From Alphaproteobacteria bacterium (GTDB lineage Bacteria > Pseudomonadota > Alphaproteobacteria > Rs-D84), in NCBI GenBank assembly GCA_017631895.1, contig JAGBSK010000030.1, positions 12,296-76,295 on the forward strand: a stretch of DNA of 64,000 nt, read 5' to 3'. Position numbers and translations under genes: made by a program. Under the pieces are notes generated by a model. That model made no database searches and was not told where the DNA came from. It saw only the letters and a list, made by a program, of their open reading frames with translations. The first letter of the stretch is position 1. Every line of letters starts with the position of its first letter. This document shows positions 1-12,243 of the stretch, piece after piece.

Positions 1-8
1 ACAACGCT

Positions 9-500
9 ATGGATAGAATGTATGAACTAGGAAATATAGAAGCTCAAAAACTAACGTACTTTATAGGATTAGTTCTTGATCGACACGATATTATAAATCG
101 TTATATTAAGCATATTTACGGTCCTTATTTTCCTCAATTAAACAATGCATTACACGACATGTCTGGCACTTATTTAAGTGGCATAGGAGATGGGCAGGAA
201 CATCATCATATCGACGTAATGCCTGGCGTTATTGAAGAAGTTGACAATTATATAAAACAAAAACCAGTTCTTCTAGACGCTATTAATAAAATCACAAAAA
301 TAATTTATGGTTATGAAACCACATTTGGTATGGAATTATTAGGAACTGTACATTGGGTTTGTTCACACGAAACGATCTTTTCTGAAGACGATGTTGTAAA
401 ATATGTTCACGAATGGAATGATAGAAAAAAAGCAATAATGTCTCAAATTGATATCACTAGAGCATATAAACATTTAAAATTATGTAATCTAGTCGCATAA
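9..500 (+). CDS. Panacea-domain (DUF4065) protein, antitoxin-like/phage-associated; may be 5'-truncated by the window edge
   Basis: Motif resemblance to DUF4065/Panacea (KLTYFIGL...YGPYFPQL region); followed by a hairpin terminator and adjacent to a tRNA. Confidence 0.45.
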   Translation: MDRMYELGNIEAQKLTYFIGLVLDRHDIINRYIKHIYGPYFPQLNNALHDMSGTYLSGIGDGQEHHHIDVMPGVIEEVDNYIKQKPVLLDAINKITKIIYGYETTFGMELLGTVHWVCSHETIFSEDDVVKYVHEWNDRKKAIMSQIDITRAYKHLKLCNLVA

Positions 501-578
501 TACAAACACTATTCTCTATACTTATTTCTATATTCGATATATACAACTTTCTTACATAAAGGCAAAATCTTACAAAAT

Positions 579-601
579 ACCGCCACAGGGGCGGTGTTTT
601 T
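579..601 (+). terminator. Rho-independent terminator after the Panacea ORF (ACCGCC-ACAG-GGGCGGT + T-run)
   Basis: GC stem-loop followed by TGTTTTT read directly. Confidence 0.6.
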
Positions 602-863
602 AATTATATTTATATCACTTTTGTAAAGAGTCGTATCTCTTTGTAAACCTTTGTCATCCTTCGCAACCTTTTGCCGCGACTTTCTGTGTATTCCCCTTTA
701 TAATTCATAGTGTAAAGCAAGCAAAAGGATTACGCATGTAAACATATTTTTCTGTGTCCGAAATTATGTCCAGTATATGTAAAACAATCTGCGAAAAGTC
801 GCAAAATCGCATAAATTCGGGCAAATAACACGAAATAAAAAATCCCGGAACACCGGGAAATCT

Positions 864-938
864 TGGTAGCAGCGGAGGGATTCGGACCCCCGACCAAAGG
901 ATTATGATTCCTCTGCTCTACCACTGAGCTACGCTGCC
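864..938 (-). tRNA. tRNA-Met (anticodon CAT; elongator-type, could be Ile2-lysidine)
   Basis: Reverse complement GGCAGCGTAGCTCAGTGGTAGAGC...AATCATAATCC...CCGCTGCTACCA folds as a cloverleaf, CAT in the anticodon loop, encoded CCA. Confidence 0.85.
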
Positions 939-949
939 AAGCGACACGC

Positions 950-977
950 ATTATAACAGCATTTTTTCCAATTGCAA
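950..977 (-). promoter_or_regulatory. Sigma70-like promoter for tRNA-Met (TTGCAA -35, 16-nt spacer, TATAAT -10 on the minus strand)
   Basis: Hexamers read directly upstream of the tRNA 5' end. Confidence 0.5.
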
Positions 978-1045
978 CCAAAAACAAACATATGAATTTG
1001 TTCATATTTACAATCATTATAAATTTTAATAAAATCACTTAGAAC

Positions 1046-1633
1046 ATGGGTACAAAATATGATATACTTCGCGTTATGAAAAAAATCTTATGCGCACTAT
1101 GCGCCTTGTCTGTGCCGACATTTGCCCACGCAGACACCAATCCCTTTTTCAACGGATACGACAGCCAATTTGCAGCAAATTTTGGCTGGGGCGTAGACAA
1201 TGGCTTTCTGTTGCCTGCACCTATTCGGTGGGTGCCATTTATAATGCTGAACGTCCAGTATTCACAACCAACAACTTTTTTTCGTCTGCCGGCGCGCCAA
1301 TCATTAAACATTACCCAGACATTGGGATTTGGCACATCGCGCGGTTGGCATTGGGACAAATACACAATTCCAATTGCAACCATATCCCAAGACGTAATCT
1401 TGGCACACAACAAAAACTGGTATTTTTATTCGGGGCTATCGATGGGTTTTCAGGCGCAACAGAACGAACGCATTGGTTCTAAACTGCTGTTTGGGTTCAA
1501 ACTGGGTGCGGGTTATAAATTGTCAGAATGCACCAATCTGGAATTATTTATGCAACATTATTCCAATGGGAACACCGCACCCGAAAACAATTCATACGCA
1601 TTTTTTGGCACCGGTCTGACATACAGTTTTTGA
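1046..1633 (+). CDS. PagL-family outer-membrane lipid A 3-O-deacylase-like beta-barrel protein (alternative start 1076)
   Basis: Signal peptide MKKILCALCALSVPTFAHA, HYSNG motif matching the PagL catalytic H-x-S-N region, C-terminal aromatic residue (..GLTYSF). Confidence 0.55.
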   Translation: MGTKYDILRVMKKILCALCALSVPTFAHADTNPFFNGYDSQFAANFGWGVDNGFLLPAPIRWVPFIMLNVQYSQPTTFFRLPARQSLNITQTLGFGTSRGWHWDKYTIPIATISQDVILAHNKNWYFYSGLSMGFQAQQNERIGSKLLFGFKLGAGYKLSECTNLELFMQHYSNGNTAPENNSYAFFGTGLTYSF

Positions 1634-1644
1634 TCAGAAACATC

Positions 1645-1675
1645 AAAATAAAAACCGCCAAACGGCGGATTTTTA
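1645..1675. terminator. Bidirectional terminator CCGCC-AAAC-GGCGG with A-run/T-run between convergent genes
   Basis: Hairpin 1655-1668 flanked by aaaataaaaa and ttttt; T-run overlaps the stop codon of the minus-strand gene. Confidence 0.65.
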
Positions 1676-2491
1676 TTGCATAAACTGTGTTGCAATACTG
1701 CCCAGCGATTGCAACGCACCCATTCCGCCGCTGTTTGCAACACCACTTACCGTCTGCATAATCGTCGCAGTATTGGTCTTTTGCCCCAAACCACCAACCG
1801 TATCAATCAAGAATTCACCCCATAACGCCTTCTTTTTGGCATTAAGTTTTGCATACGAACAATTTTCAATCTTGGAAATCAGGGTTCCCGCCATTTTCGC
1901 TTCTTGCTGGGTATAGTCCGCTGTATCAAAATCAATCAGATTAAACACATCATATATATTAGACACGTACTGCTTGTTCTTGTCCGAACAACCTGTCAGC
2001 GACCCATCCGTACAGTAATAAGTACTGACCGCCATTGGAAATTTTTCCCAAACCATCCCGTCATTACCACTGCCCCCGAACCAGTCATAGCAGATTAAAT
2101 CTTTTTCGTCTGTACCCTCGGCAATACGTATGGTTGATTGATACCCACCCGTCGCCGTCGTACAACGTTTCATACCCAACGAAGCCTGCACCTCGTCCGC
2201 GGTCTTGGCACCTGTCTTTGCCCATTCTTTAACAGTGTTATTCACAAAGTTTATTTCGGCTGAACTTGGGATACATTCTGCGGTCAACGCCTTTTGCTGT
2301 TGTGTTAACTGCTTAACCCCACTGACCAGACTGATAACCGTTGGTACCAAACTTGCCCCTGTATCGGCAACCGACGTCTGTTTGGTCGCAACGGGCGCCG
2401 CCTTTTTAATAGTAACAGCCATGGCCACATTCTGCGCCATGATTATGGTTCCAATAAAAAACAGTAAAAATTTCTTCATCTCTCTTGCCAC
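1673..2491 (-). CDS. Secreted Cys-containing protein of unknown function
   Basis: N-terminal signal peptide, multiple Cys, no recognisable catalytic motif. Confidence 0.4.
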   Translation of the reverse strand: MAREMKKFLLFFIGTIIMAQNVAMAVTIKKAAPVATKQTSVADTGASLVPTVISLVSGVKQLTQQQKALTAECIPSSAEINFVNNTVKEWAKTGAKTADEVQASLGMKRCTTATGGYQSTIRIAEGTDEKDLICYDWFGGSGNDGMVWEKFPMAVSTYYCTDGSLTGCSDKNKQYVSNIYDVFNLIDFDTADYTQQEAKMAGTLISKIENCSYAKLNAKKKALWGEFLIDTVGGLGQKTNTATIMQTVSGVANSGGMGALQSLGSIATQFMQ

Positions 2492-2565
2492 TAATTATAA
2501 CACAAAAAAAAGTCCCAAGAAATATAAAAATTGCATTTTCGTTATTTAGGGTCTAAACTGGACAC

Positions 2566-3045
2566 GTGCACAAAGACAAACGCAATTTTATCATATTCAC
2601 AAAACACAGACGCCTTAAACGCCTGTGGCAGTTCTTTTTTACCGGCTGGGGGCTGGTGATGGTTGCGGCACTGGTTGCGGGCGCCCTGTTCACCAAACAG
2701 ATTCTGTGGACCCCCATATCCGCAATTAACATGACGGACATTGTCAGTAATCAGTTCAAAATGTCTGGCGCATCATTTGTTGGCACGGACAAGAATGGCG
2801 AACCATTCAAACTGCGCGCCCAAACCGGATACCAGGAATACGATAACCCAGACATAATCTTTATGGATAAAGTATCCGGCACCATCAGGCGCACAACAAA
2901 CAATACCAAGATTACAGATAACATTACTGCAAACCGCGGACAATACAACCGCACAAAAAAAACAATAACATTGACGGGCAACGTACATGTTGATTCCAGC
3001 AATGGCGACCAACTGCGCACAAATGAATTGGTGATAAGACTATGA
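2566..3045 (+). CDS. lptC: LptC-like (OstA-fold) LPS export protein with N-terminal membrane anchor
   Basis: N-terminal TM helix, size about 160 aa, 4-nt overlap with downstream lptB (usual lptC/A-lptB order). Confidence 0.45.
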   Translation: MHKDKRNFIIFTKHRRLKRLWQFFFTGWGLVMVAALVAGALFTKQILWTPISAINMTDIVSNQFKMSGASFVGTDKNGEPFKLRAQTGYQEYDNPDIIFMDKVSGTIRRTTNNTKITDNITANRGQYNRTKKTITLTGNVHVDSSNGDQLRTNELVIRL

Positions 3046-3770
3046 AACAATCAGTATTACGTGTTGAACATTTATCAAAATCCTATGGCAAACGCATGGT
3101 TATCAAGGATGTATCCTTGATTGCGCGCCAGGGTGAATCGGTTGGACTGTTGGGGCCAAACGGCGCTGGAAAAACGACGGCCTTTTATTGTATTACAGGA
3201 CAGTTGGCGGCAACTGGCGGCCAGATTTTCTTAAATTCCCAGGACATAACCCACCTGCCATTTTACCAACGCGCACGTCTGCACATTGGCTATCTGCCCC
3301 AGGAAAACAGCGTATTCCGCGGCCTGACGGTTGAACAAAACATTATGGCAATTCTGGAAGTTGTCGAACCAGATCGCAAAAAACGTCAAAAGAAACTTGA
3401 TTCTTTGCTGGACGAATTTTCAATCACATCCCTGCGTCGCAGTCCTGCAACCGCCCTGTCGGGTGGCGAACGTCGTCGCGTTGAAATTGCGCGTGCTTTG
3501 GCAAACGACCCAAAATTTATTTTGCTGGACGAACCATTTGCGGGCATTGACCCAATCGCGGTAAATGAAATCCGCAGCCTGGTATCACAATTAAAGAACC
3601 GTGGTCTGGGCGTAATCATCACCGACCACAACGTTCGCGAAACATTGGGAATTACCGACCGCAGTTATGTTCTGCACGACGGAAAAATATTAAAGCACGG
3701 CACCACATCCGAAATCGTCCAAGACGAAATGGTTAAAAAGGTGTACCTGGGCGAAGATTTTGTTATGTAA
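3042..3770 (+). CDS. lptB: LPS export ABC transporter ATP-binding protein LptB
   Basis: Walker A GPNGAGKTT, ABC signature LSGGERRR, about 240 aa, LptB-like C-terminus. Confidence 0.85.
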   Translation: MKQSVLRVEHLSKSYGKRMVIKDVSLIARQGESVGLLGPNGAGKTTAFYCITGQLAATGGQIFLNSQDITHLPFYQRARLHIGYLPQENSVFRGLTVEQNIMAILEVVEPDRKKRQKKLDSLLDEFSITSLRRSPATALSGGERRRVEIARALANDPKFILLDEPFAGIDPIAVNEIRSLVSQLKNRGLGVIITDHNVRETLGITDRSYVLHDGKILKHGTTSEIVQDEMVKKVYLGEDFVM

Positions 3771-3775
3771 TATTT

Positions 3776-4438
3776 CTACCACTCGATTGGTGATTTACCA
3801 CACCCTTCTAAATACTCGTTCGCGCGACTAAAATGTTTGCACCCAAAGAATCCGCGATACGCCGATAACGGTGACGGATGCACACTTTTCAAAATCAGAT
3901 TTTTTTCTACGTTAACAAACGCGGCTTTTTTCTGGGCATACGATCCCCACAGCATATAAACAATATTGTCACGCGCACTAACCGCACGAATAACTGCGTC
4001 TGTAAATTCTTCCCAACCACGACCTGCGTGCGACGCGGCGCGGTGTGCCAGAACGGTTAATGTTGAATTCAATAACAACACCCCCTGGTTTGCCCAATGT
4101 GTTAAATCACCATTCGTTATCGATTTTCGTCCCAAATCAGATTCAATTTCTTTGTAAATATTTTGCAGCGACGGTGGCACAGGTGTTGGTGGCAAAACAG
4201 AAAAACACAACCCGTGCGCCTGACCCGGTTCATGATATGGATCCTGGCCAATAATTACAACCTTGACCTTATCCAGCGGACATAAATTGAACGCATTAAA
4301 AATATTTTGTGGCGCGGGATACACGGCTTTCCCGGACAAATATTCCCCCCGCACAAAATCCGTTAATTTGATAAAATAATCTTTATCAAATTCTGTGCTT
4401 AACGCATCTTTCCAAGATTGTTCAATTTTCACATTCAT
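3776..4438 (-). CDS. ung: Uracil-DNA glycosylase (family 1)
   Basis: GQDPYH motif and overall Ung architecture. Confidence 0.9.
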   Translation of the reverse strand: MNVKIEQSWKDALSTEFDKDYFIKLTDFVRGEYLSGKAVYPAPQNIFNAFNLCPLDKVKVVIIGQDPYHEPGQAHGLCFSVLPPTPVPPSLQNIYKEIESDLGRKSITNGDLTHWANQGVLLLNSTLTVLAHRAASHAGRGWEEFTDAVIRAVSARDNIVYMLWGSYAQKKAAFVNVEKNLILKSVHPSPLSAYRGFFGCKHFSRANEYLEGCGKSPIEW

Positions 4439-4447
4439 AACTAAACC

Positions 4448-5107
4448 TTATATATGCAAGTAATCGTCCATAGAAATTAATTTTACCTGACAAGATTTCC
4501 ATAACACAACATCTATATACCCACGTGGCAAACCCGTTTCACGCACCAAATGCGCAAACATTTCATCACAGGCCAATTTTATTTCTGGACACAAATTACC
4601 ATTATCGATTGATAAATTTTTCCCCACAAACGCACACCCCAACCGCTGAATCCACACATCATATTTCACAACATCTTCGCCCAGGTTTCGCGCCAAATGA
4701 TTTGCAGTAATTTTACCAACATGCGGCAATTTTTGCAGAAAATTTAATTTATCATCCAGTAATTCTAATTTGTAATATTCCCCGCGCAACTGTTCCCGAT
4801 TATTCCAAATTTTACAAATCGCATTAATTTTATTTTTGTTATTAAAGATTCGAATTAATGTATCAAAATCCGCACCCGATACGTGCACGTGCTTCATAAT
4901 TTTTTCATGAATTTTTTTCGCAGTTTGCTGTGAAAAACCGCCCGCCAAAATTACATACGCACAATGCGATGCAAATGTGTCCGCATCATAAATTTTTCGC
5001 ACACGCAGGTTTTCTAAAATCTCGTCAAACGATTGCGCATCGCTGTCCAGCCCTTGCGCACGCAATTGTTCATCCAACGCAAAAAACCATGCCGCTGAAA
5101 AATCCAT
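4448..5107 (-). CDS. HhH-GPD superfamily DNA glycosylase, MagIII-like 3-methyladenine DNA glycosylase
   Basis: Helix-hairpin-helix LPHVGKITANHLARNLG followed by VVKYDVWIQRLG; no Fe-S cysteine cluster; size about 219 aa. Confidence 0.5.
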   Translation of the reverse strand: MDFSAAWFFALDEQLRAQGLDSDAQSFDEILENLRVRKIYDADTFASHCAYVILAGGFSQQTAKKIHEKIMKHVHVSGADFDTLIRIFNNKNKINAICKIWNNREQLRGEYYKLELLDDKLNFLQKLPHVGKITANHLARNLGEDVVKYDVWIQRLGCAFVGKNLSIDNGNLCPEIKLACDEMFAHLVRETGLPRGYIDVVLWKSCQVKLISMDDYLHI

Positions 5108-5373
5108 TACCCGCGCCCACCCTGTAAATTTGCAATCTGTTCTGGGGTCAATTGTGGTTGTTGCGCCGCCATCATTTCATTTAATTTTTCAGTCCCCGCA
5201 TTAAATTTACCCGCCGGCGATTCCAGTTCTGCTAATTCTTTTTTTATCTGTTCAATTCTGGCCTTTTTATGCCAAATCTGCGCATCCGACACCGCCGTAC
5301 CATACGCTTCAATCTCGGATTCCAGTCTGTGTAATTCCGCGGTTAAATCTTCTTTCTTTGCCATAATAAACAC
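5107..5373 (-). CDS. Small coiled-coil protein, unknown function
   Basis: ORF with coiled-coil heptads only. Confidence 0.3.
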   Translation of the reverse strand: MFIMAKKEDLTAELHRLESEIEAYGTAVSDAQIWHKKARIEQIKKELAELESPAGKFNAGTEKLNEMMAAQQPQLTPEQIANLQGGRG

Positions 5374-5410
5374 CTTGTAAAACTATGGCGCGGTTTCCCG
5401 CGCCAACCAA

Positions 5411-8133
<2,723 letters not shown>

Positions 8134-8134
8134 T

Positions 8135-8704
8135 ATGAAATTCAAATTACTTTATTTTGGCGATATTTTGATTAACCCAAAAAAGCGTGCCCAGCATATT
8201 GCGGACATCCGTATGCAATTTCACCCACAACTAAAAAAATTGGTTGAACACAGCCCATGGAACAACCTGACACAATACATGGTACCAGACCCAACCAAAA
8301 GTCCAATTACCACACGCCACGTTGGCGGGATTGATTGGAATCCAATTATTACACCAAATTTGAAATTGATTGCCGAATTGGACATTCAAATGTTGCACCC
8401 TGAAATTGTGGGTGTTCTACGTTCTGACATTGATAACCGCGTTAAAACGATTATGGACGGCCTGCGTTGTCCCCAGAACGAACACGAAATCGGGTCAAAT
8501 ACTCCACACGACATCGGTCCGATTTATACACTTCTGGACGACGACCATTTAATTACAAAATTGTCAGTTAACACCAGCCACTTGCTGGATTCATCTATTT
8601 TCGCAGACCATGCCCAGCGCACACCAGATTCCGTCTTTATGATGATTGACGTGAACGTACGCGTTGCCGAAGGCACATTGGAAAACCTGCCATTTATGGT
8701 TTAG
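8135..8704 (+). CDS. Hypothetical 189-aa protein co-transcribed with the 81-aa gene
   Basis: Intact ORF; no motif recognised. Confidence 0.4.
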   Translation: MKFKLLYFGDILINPKKRAQHIADIRMQFHPQLKKLVEHSPWNNLTQYMVPDPTKSPITTRHVGGIDWNPIITPNLKLIAELDIQMLHPEIVGVLRSDIDNRVKTIMDGLRCPQNEHEIGSNTPHDIGPIYTLLDDDHLITKLSVNTSHLLDSSIFADHAQRTPDSVFMMIDVNVRVAEGTLENLPFMV

Positions 8705-8715
8705 AAACAGGGAAA

Positions 8716-8750
8716 CAAAAAAACTACCCCACTCCTTGCAGTGGGGTAAA
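8716..8750 (-). terminator. Terminator of the gspE/gspF-like operon (CCCCACT-ccttgc-AGTGGGG, A-run on plus = U-run on minus)
   Basis: Hairpin 8727-8746 read directly. Confidence 0.6.
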
Positions 8751-8853
8751 AAAATAAAAATGATGGTATAGGTGCGCCGTGGTCGGCAAGTGTAGTGTAC
8801 AGAAGTTACATGAACGCGCCGACCACAAGCAGATATGCCATCAGATTTGTTTT

Positions 8854-9924
8854 TTACGATAGTGCGGATGTAATTTGGTCTTGCATCTGGAATGTCCCCA
8901 ACACGACCCACGCAATTATGGCGGACACCAATAAAATCCCCAAACTGTTTAACGTATTTGAAATCTTTTCCATTTTACGCACAGATTCATTCAAATAATC
9001 GTTTGCAACCTGATTCAGGTTTTCATCAAAACCATTCATATCGGCATAAATCGTCAAATCGCCAATAATTTCAGAATCCGGGAAATTGCGTTCGGTGTGC
9101 GCCAACGCCCGCCCCAGGTTTTCACCATTTGCGATATATTTTAATGCCCGTTCCAGAATACTTTTCAAATACCTGTTCGCGCTGTCCGCCAACATACGCA
9201 TTGCGTCTGGAATTGTCACACCTGCACTGACCATGGCACCCAAACTCATCAACCAACCAACAGACACTTGAATTTTATAAACACTCCACGGTGGCAGTTT
9301 ATCAAACACAGCACGCATCCGCCCCGACCAGTTGGCAAGACTGACCCACACAACAGCAACCACCGACGCAAACACCATCAAGAAAACATACCAATACTGA
9401 ATTGAAACATCAGACACCCACACCAACGACCGCGCCATTCCCCGCCATACAACATCATTACCTGCAATTTCCGCCAGCGGTGGCACCAAATAGACCCCCA
9501 CCATAATAATGATACCAAATGTCAGTGCCAACAAAAACAACGGATACCCAATTGCCGATGTCATTGCACGCCGAATACGTTGCGTACCATCCACAACACG
9601 TCCAACGTTTTCCAGCGCAACCACCAAATTAGACAAATTACCACTGGTCACCAACAGCGTTTCATTTTCCGGCACCCAACCACGTGTTGCCTCGGAAAAA
9701 GTCATACCGCGTTCCAAATTTTTTTGCCATTCGCGCATAACAATTGCGAACGGTTCACGTGGCTTGGTCCCACCGTGGGATTCAATCATTTCCAAACGTT
9801 CCAGCGCATCAATCAACGTAAAATCATTACGCAACAGCGACGCCAATTTGCGACAAATTGACATACGCTTTTCCGTATTCATTCGGAACATTAACTTGGC
9901 ATATAATAATTCCAGTTTATTCAT
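8854..9924 (-). CDS. Type II secretion / type IV pilus platform protein (GspF/PilC/PilR family)
   Basis: About 356 aa, three TM segments, duplicated T2SSF-like organisation, abuts the GspE-like ATPase gene. Confidence 0.75.
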   Translation of the reverse strand: MNKLELLYAKLMFRMNTEKRMSICRKLASLLRNDFTLIDALERLEMIESHGGTKPREPFAIVMREWQKNLERGMTFSEATRGWVPENETLLVTSGNLSNLVVALENVGRVVDGTQRIRRAMTSAIGYPLFLLALTFGIIIMVGVYLVPPLAEIAGNDVVWRGMARSLVWVSDVSIQYWYVFLMVFASVVAVVWVSLANWSGRMRAVFDKLPPWSVYKIQVSVGWLMSLGAMVSAGVTIPDAMRMLADSANRYLKSILERALKYIANGENLGRALAHTERNFPDSEIIGDLTIYADMNGFDENLNQVANDYLNESVRKMEKISNTLNSLGILLVSAIIAWVVLGTFQMQDQITSALS

Positions 9925-9925
9925 A

Positions 9926-11560
9926 TCAATACGCCCCTGGCTGGTCTAATTGTCCAACCCAACGTTCTAATTCATCAACACTAATAATACCCTGCAACAT
10001 TAACGACGCAGCGGCTTCTTTCAGCGTACGCCCATCCATTTCTTCTAACCAATACCGTACCGCTTCATCGGTATTCCCGGACAACGCCAGACGCAAAAAT
10101 TCACTGTTTGTAATAATAATTTCACCGGCTTTGACACGTCCGATATTACCCGTTCCTTTACAGTGCGCACACCCTGTTCCACGTTGATACACTTGGCGCA
10201 AACCAACATCCCCATACGCATCCATAACACGACGATACGCGCCACGTTCTGGATGATTTGCCAACGGTTCGCGACAATGTGGACAAACCTTTTTAAACAG
10301 ACGCATAGACACCAATCCACGCATCAATGTTTCTTCTTTTAATTTAAAGGATTCAACCCCTAAATCCAACAATCGTGTCAAGGCCGCCATGGCTGAATTA
10401 GCATGCAATGTTGTCCAAACATTATGCCCCGACAACGCGCCACGCACGGTTAATTCCGCCGCCGCCAACGTACGAATTTCCCCCACCATAAGCGTATCAG
10501 GGTCGCTGCGCAACGCCGCCGCCAAGGCTTCGACATACTTTTCTTCACGTTGTTCTTCATTGGTTGCATTAACAACCGGCATCTGACGTGCGCCAAAAAT
10601 CTTTTGTTCAACGGGGTTTTCCACCGTAATCATATTGATTTCATAGTTGCGTTCTTTCAGCATCAACGACATATTGCGCACCAACGTCGTTGACTTACCA
10701 GAACTGGTCGGCCCCGCCACAATCACCAATCCCGTCGGAAAGGAACGCATACGTGCCAACAAACGCTGTTCATAGGGGCCAAATTCTTGTTCAACCTTGA
10801 TCCCCTCGGACGGATTATCATACAACAATCGCATAACCGCATATCGCGTACCAAACGCGATTGGGTTAAACTGCATACGCACGCCCAGCACACCCGACGG
10901 CAGGTATAAATCCTTGGTTCCGCGCAGCGGCGTACGCCCATCCTTTTGCGCAGATTGATATTCATTTACCGCATAGTTCGCATTGGAAATATCTGCCGAC
11001 GCAAATGCCGCACGCAGGAACGATTCCCCCCATTGGGAATTATATTCCATAACTGGTTGCATACTGCCGTCTATTCGGAAATATATCGTTGTCTGATCTG
11101 CGACCTCGACATGAATATCTGAAACTTTTTGTGATGCAGCCTTGGCGATAATATCAACAAAGTCTTTCTGCATCTGGTTATCAAAATCACCCCGATTTCG
11201 TCCCACACCCCCCAGATGATTTTCATGCGATTTATAAATATGGGAAATTAATCCCAAATCTGAATAAAACGGTTCACGCATTTTGCGATTGCGCTTTTTC
11301 AACAATTCTAAAAACGCCAGCACCCGCCCATCATAGCGATGTGTACGCGATATAATAATTTCCCCACCGGTAAAGTACGCAACCAAACTCTGCGTATCAT
11401 GTGGCAACTCGAACATTGCCCCCGTCGCGGTCAGCAAACGATTACCATTTGAAAACAAATAATCAATAATATCTTTGGACTCAGCACTTTCCAGCCCCGC
11501 TGGAATTGACGGCATATTTTGAAATTCGATATTATCAAAATCACTTGTTTTATTTGGCAT
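9926..11560 (-). CDS. Type II/IV secretion ATPase (GspE/PilB/PilQ family)
   Basis: Walker A GPTSSGKSTT, Asp/His boxes, C-terminal tetracysteine (CPHC...CAHC) zinc motif. Confidence 0.85.
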   Translation of the reverse strand: MPNKTSDFDNIEFQNMPSIPAGLESAESKDIIDYLFSNGNRLLTATGAMFELPHDTQSLVAYFTGGEIIISRTHRYDGRVLAFLELLKKRNRKMREPFYSDLGLISHIYKSHENHLGGVGRNRGDFDNQMQKDFVDIIAKAASQKVSDIHVEVADQTTIYFRIDGSMQPVMEYNSQWGESFLRAAFASADISNANYAVNEYQSAQKDGRTPLRGTKDLYLPSGVLGVRMQFNPIAFGTRYAVMRLLYDNPSEGIKVEQEFGPYEQRLLARMRSFPTGLVIVAGPTSSGKSTTLVRNMSLMLKERNYEINMITVENPVEQKIFGARQMPVVNATNEEQREEKYVEALAAALRSDPDTLMVGEIRTLAAAELTVRGALSGHNVWTTLHANSAMAALTRLLDLGVESFKLKEETLMRGLVSMRLFKKVCPHCREPLANHPERGAYRRVMDAYGDVGLRQVYQRGTGCAHCKGTGNIGRVKAGEIIITNSEFLRLALSGNTDEAVRYWLEEMDGRTLKEAAASLMLQGIISVDELERWVGQLDQPGAY

Positions 11561-11565
11561 ATTTA

Positions 11566-12243
11566 TTATTTCCCACTACTGACATTCAGATTCTGTGTTG
11601 CACCATCTTTGTCCACAAACACAATCCCATCATACAAAGATATAGACTTAACCGTTAACCCATCCAACGATTTACCAACACTAACACGCTTGGACTGTCC
11701 CGTATTCAAATCTTCCACAGTCGCCTGCAACTGGGCGCCCGCCCCAACGACATTCACCAATCTATATTTTTTTGTAATATCAATTTCTGGTGCTTCCTCG
11801 GCTGTTTTCAACACAGCTGTTGCCTTGATCGTCTTTTGTTCTTCTATATCCGCCAACCAAGATTCCTTTTCACGTTCGATACGTGCGGCTTCGGCTTCTA
11901 ACTTGGCCTTTTGTGTTTCGATTTCCTGCTGTTGCTGTTCTGCGCGTCCCGACAATGTATCAATTTCCATATGCAACTTGATTTTTTCCGCCGCCAATCT
12001 GTCCAGTTCCAAATCCAATTGGGCGCGTTCTTTTTCCAACTGCATCAGAATTTTTTCCTGTTCCAAATCGGTAATTTGCTGAAACAGCGACCCCGCCACA
12101 TCATAATCAGCAACCGCATTTGCCGATATTTCTTCCATATCGACATCAATTTCTTCAACCACATCTACTGCGGCAAACGCGCTTGAAACCGCCCCACAGA
12201 AAATCACCCCCAATAAAAACATTTTCTTATTTTGCATAGACAA
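11566..12243 (-). CDS. Periplasmic coiled-coil protein with C-terminal beta domain (PilP/GspC/GspM-like partner)
   Basis: Signal peptide or anchor, long coiled coil, position between the bitopic protein and the ATPase as in R64 pilO-pilP-pilQ-pilR. Confidence 0.35.
   Translation of the reverse strand: MSMQNKKMFLLGVIFCGAVSSAFAAVDVVEEIDVDMEEISANAVADYDVAGSLFQQITDLEQEKILMQLEKERAQLDLELDRLAAEKIKLHMEIDTLSGRAEQQQQEIETQKAKLEAEAARIEREKESWLADIEEQKTIKATAVLKTAEEAPEIDITKKYRLVNVVGAGAQLQATVEDLNTGQSKRVSVGKSLDGLTVKSISLYDGIVFVDKDGATQNLNVSSGK

Noticed and set aside
730-1038. 102-aa minus-strand ORF overlapping tRNA-Met
   Set aside because: It spans the tRNA gene and its promoter. The hydrophobic junk translation marks it as spurious.
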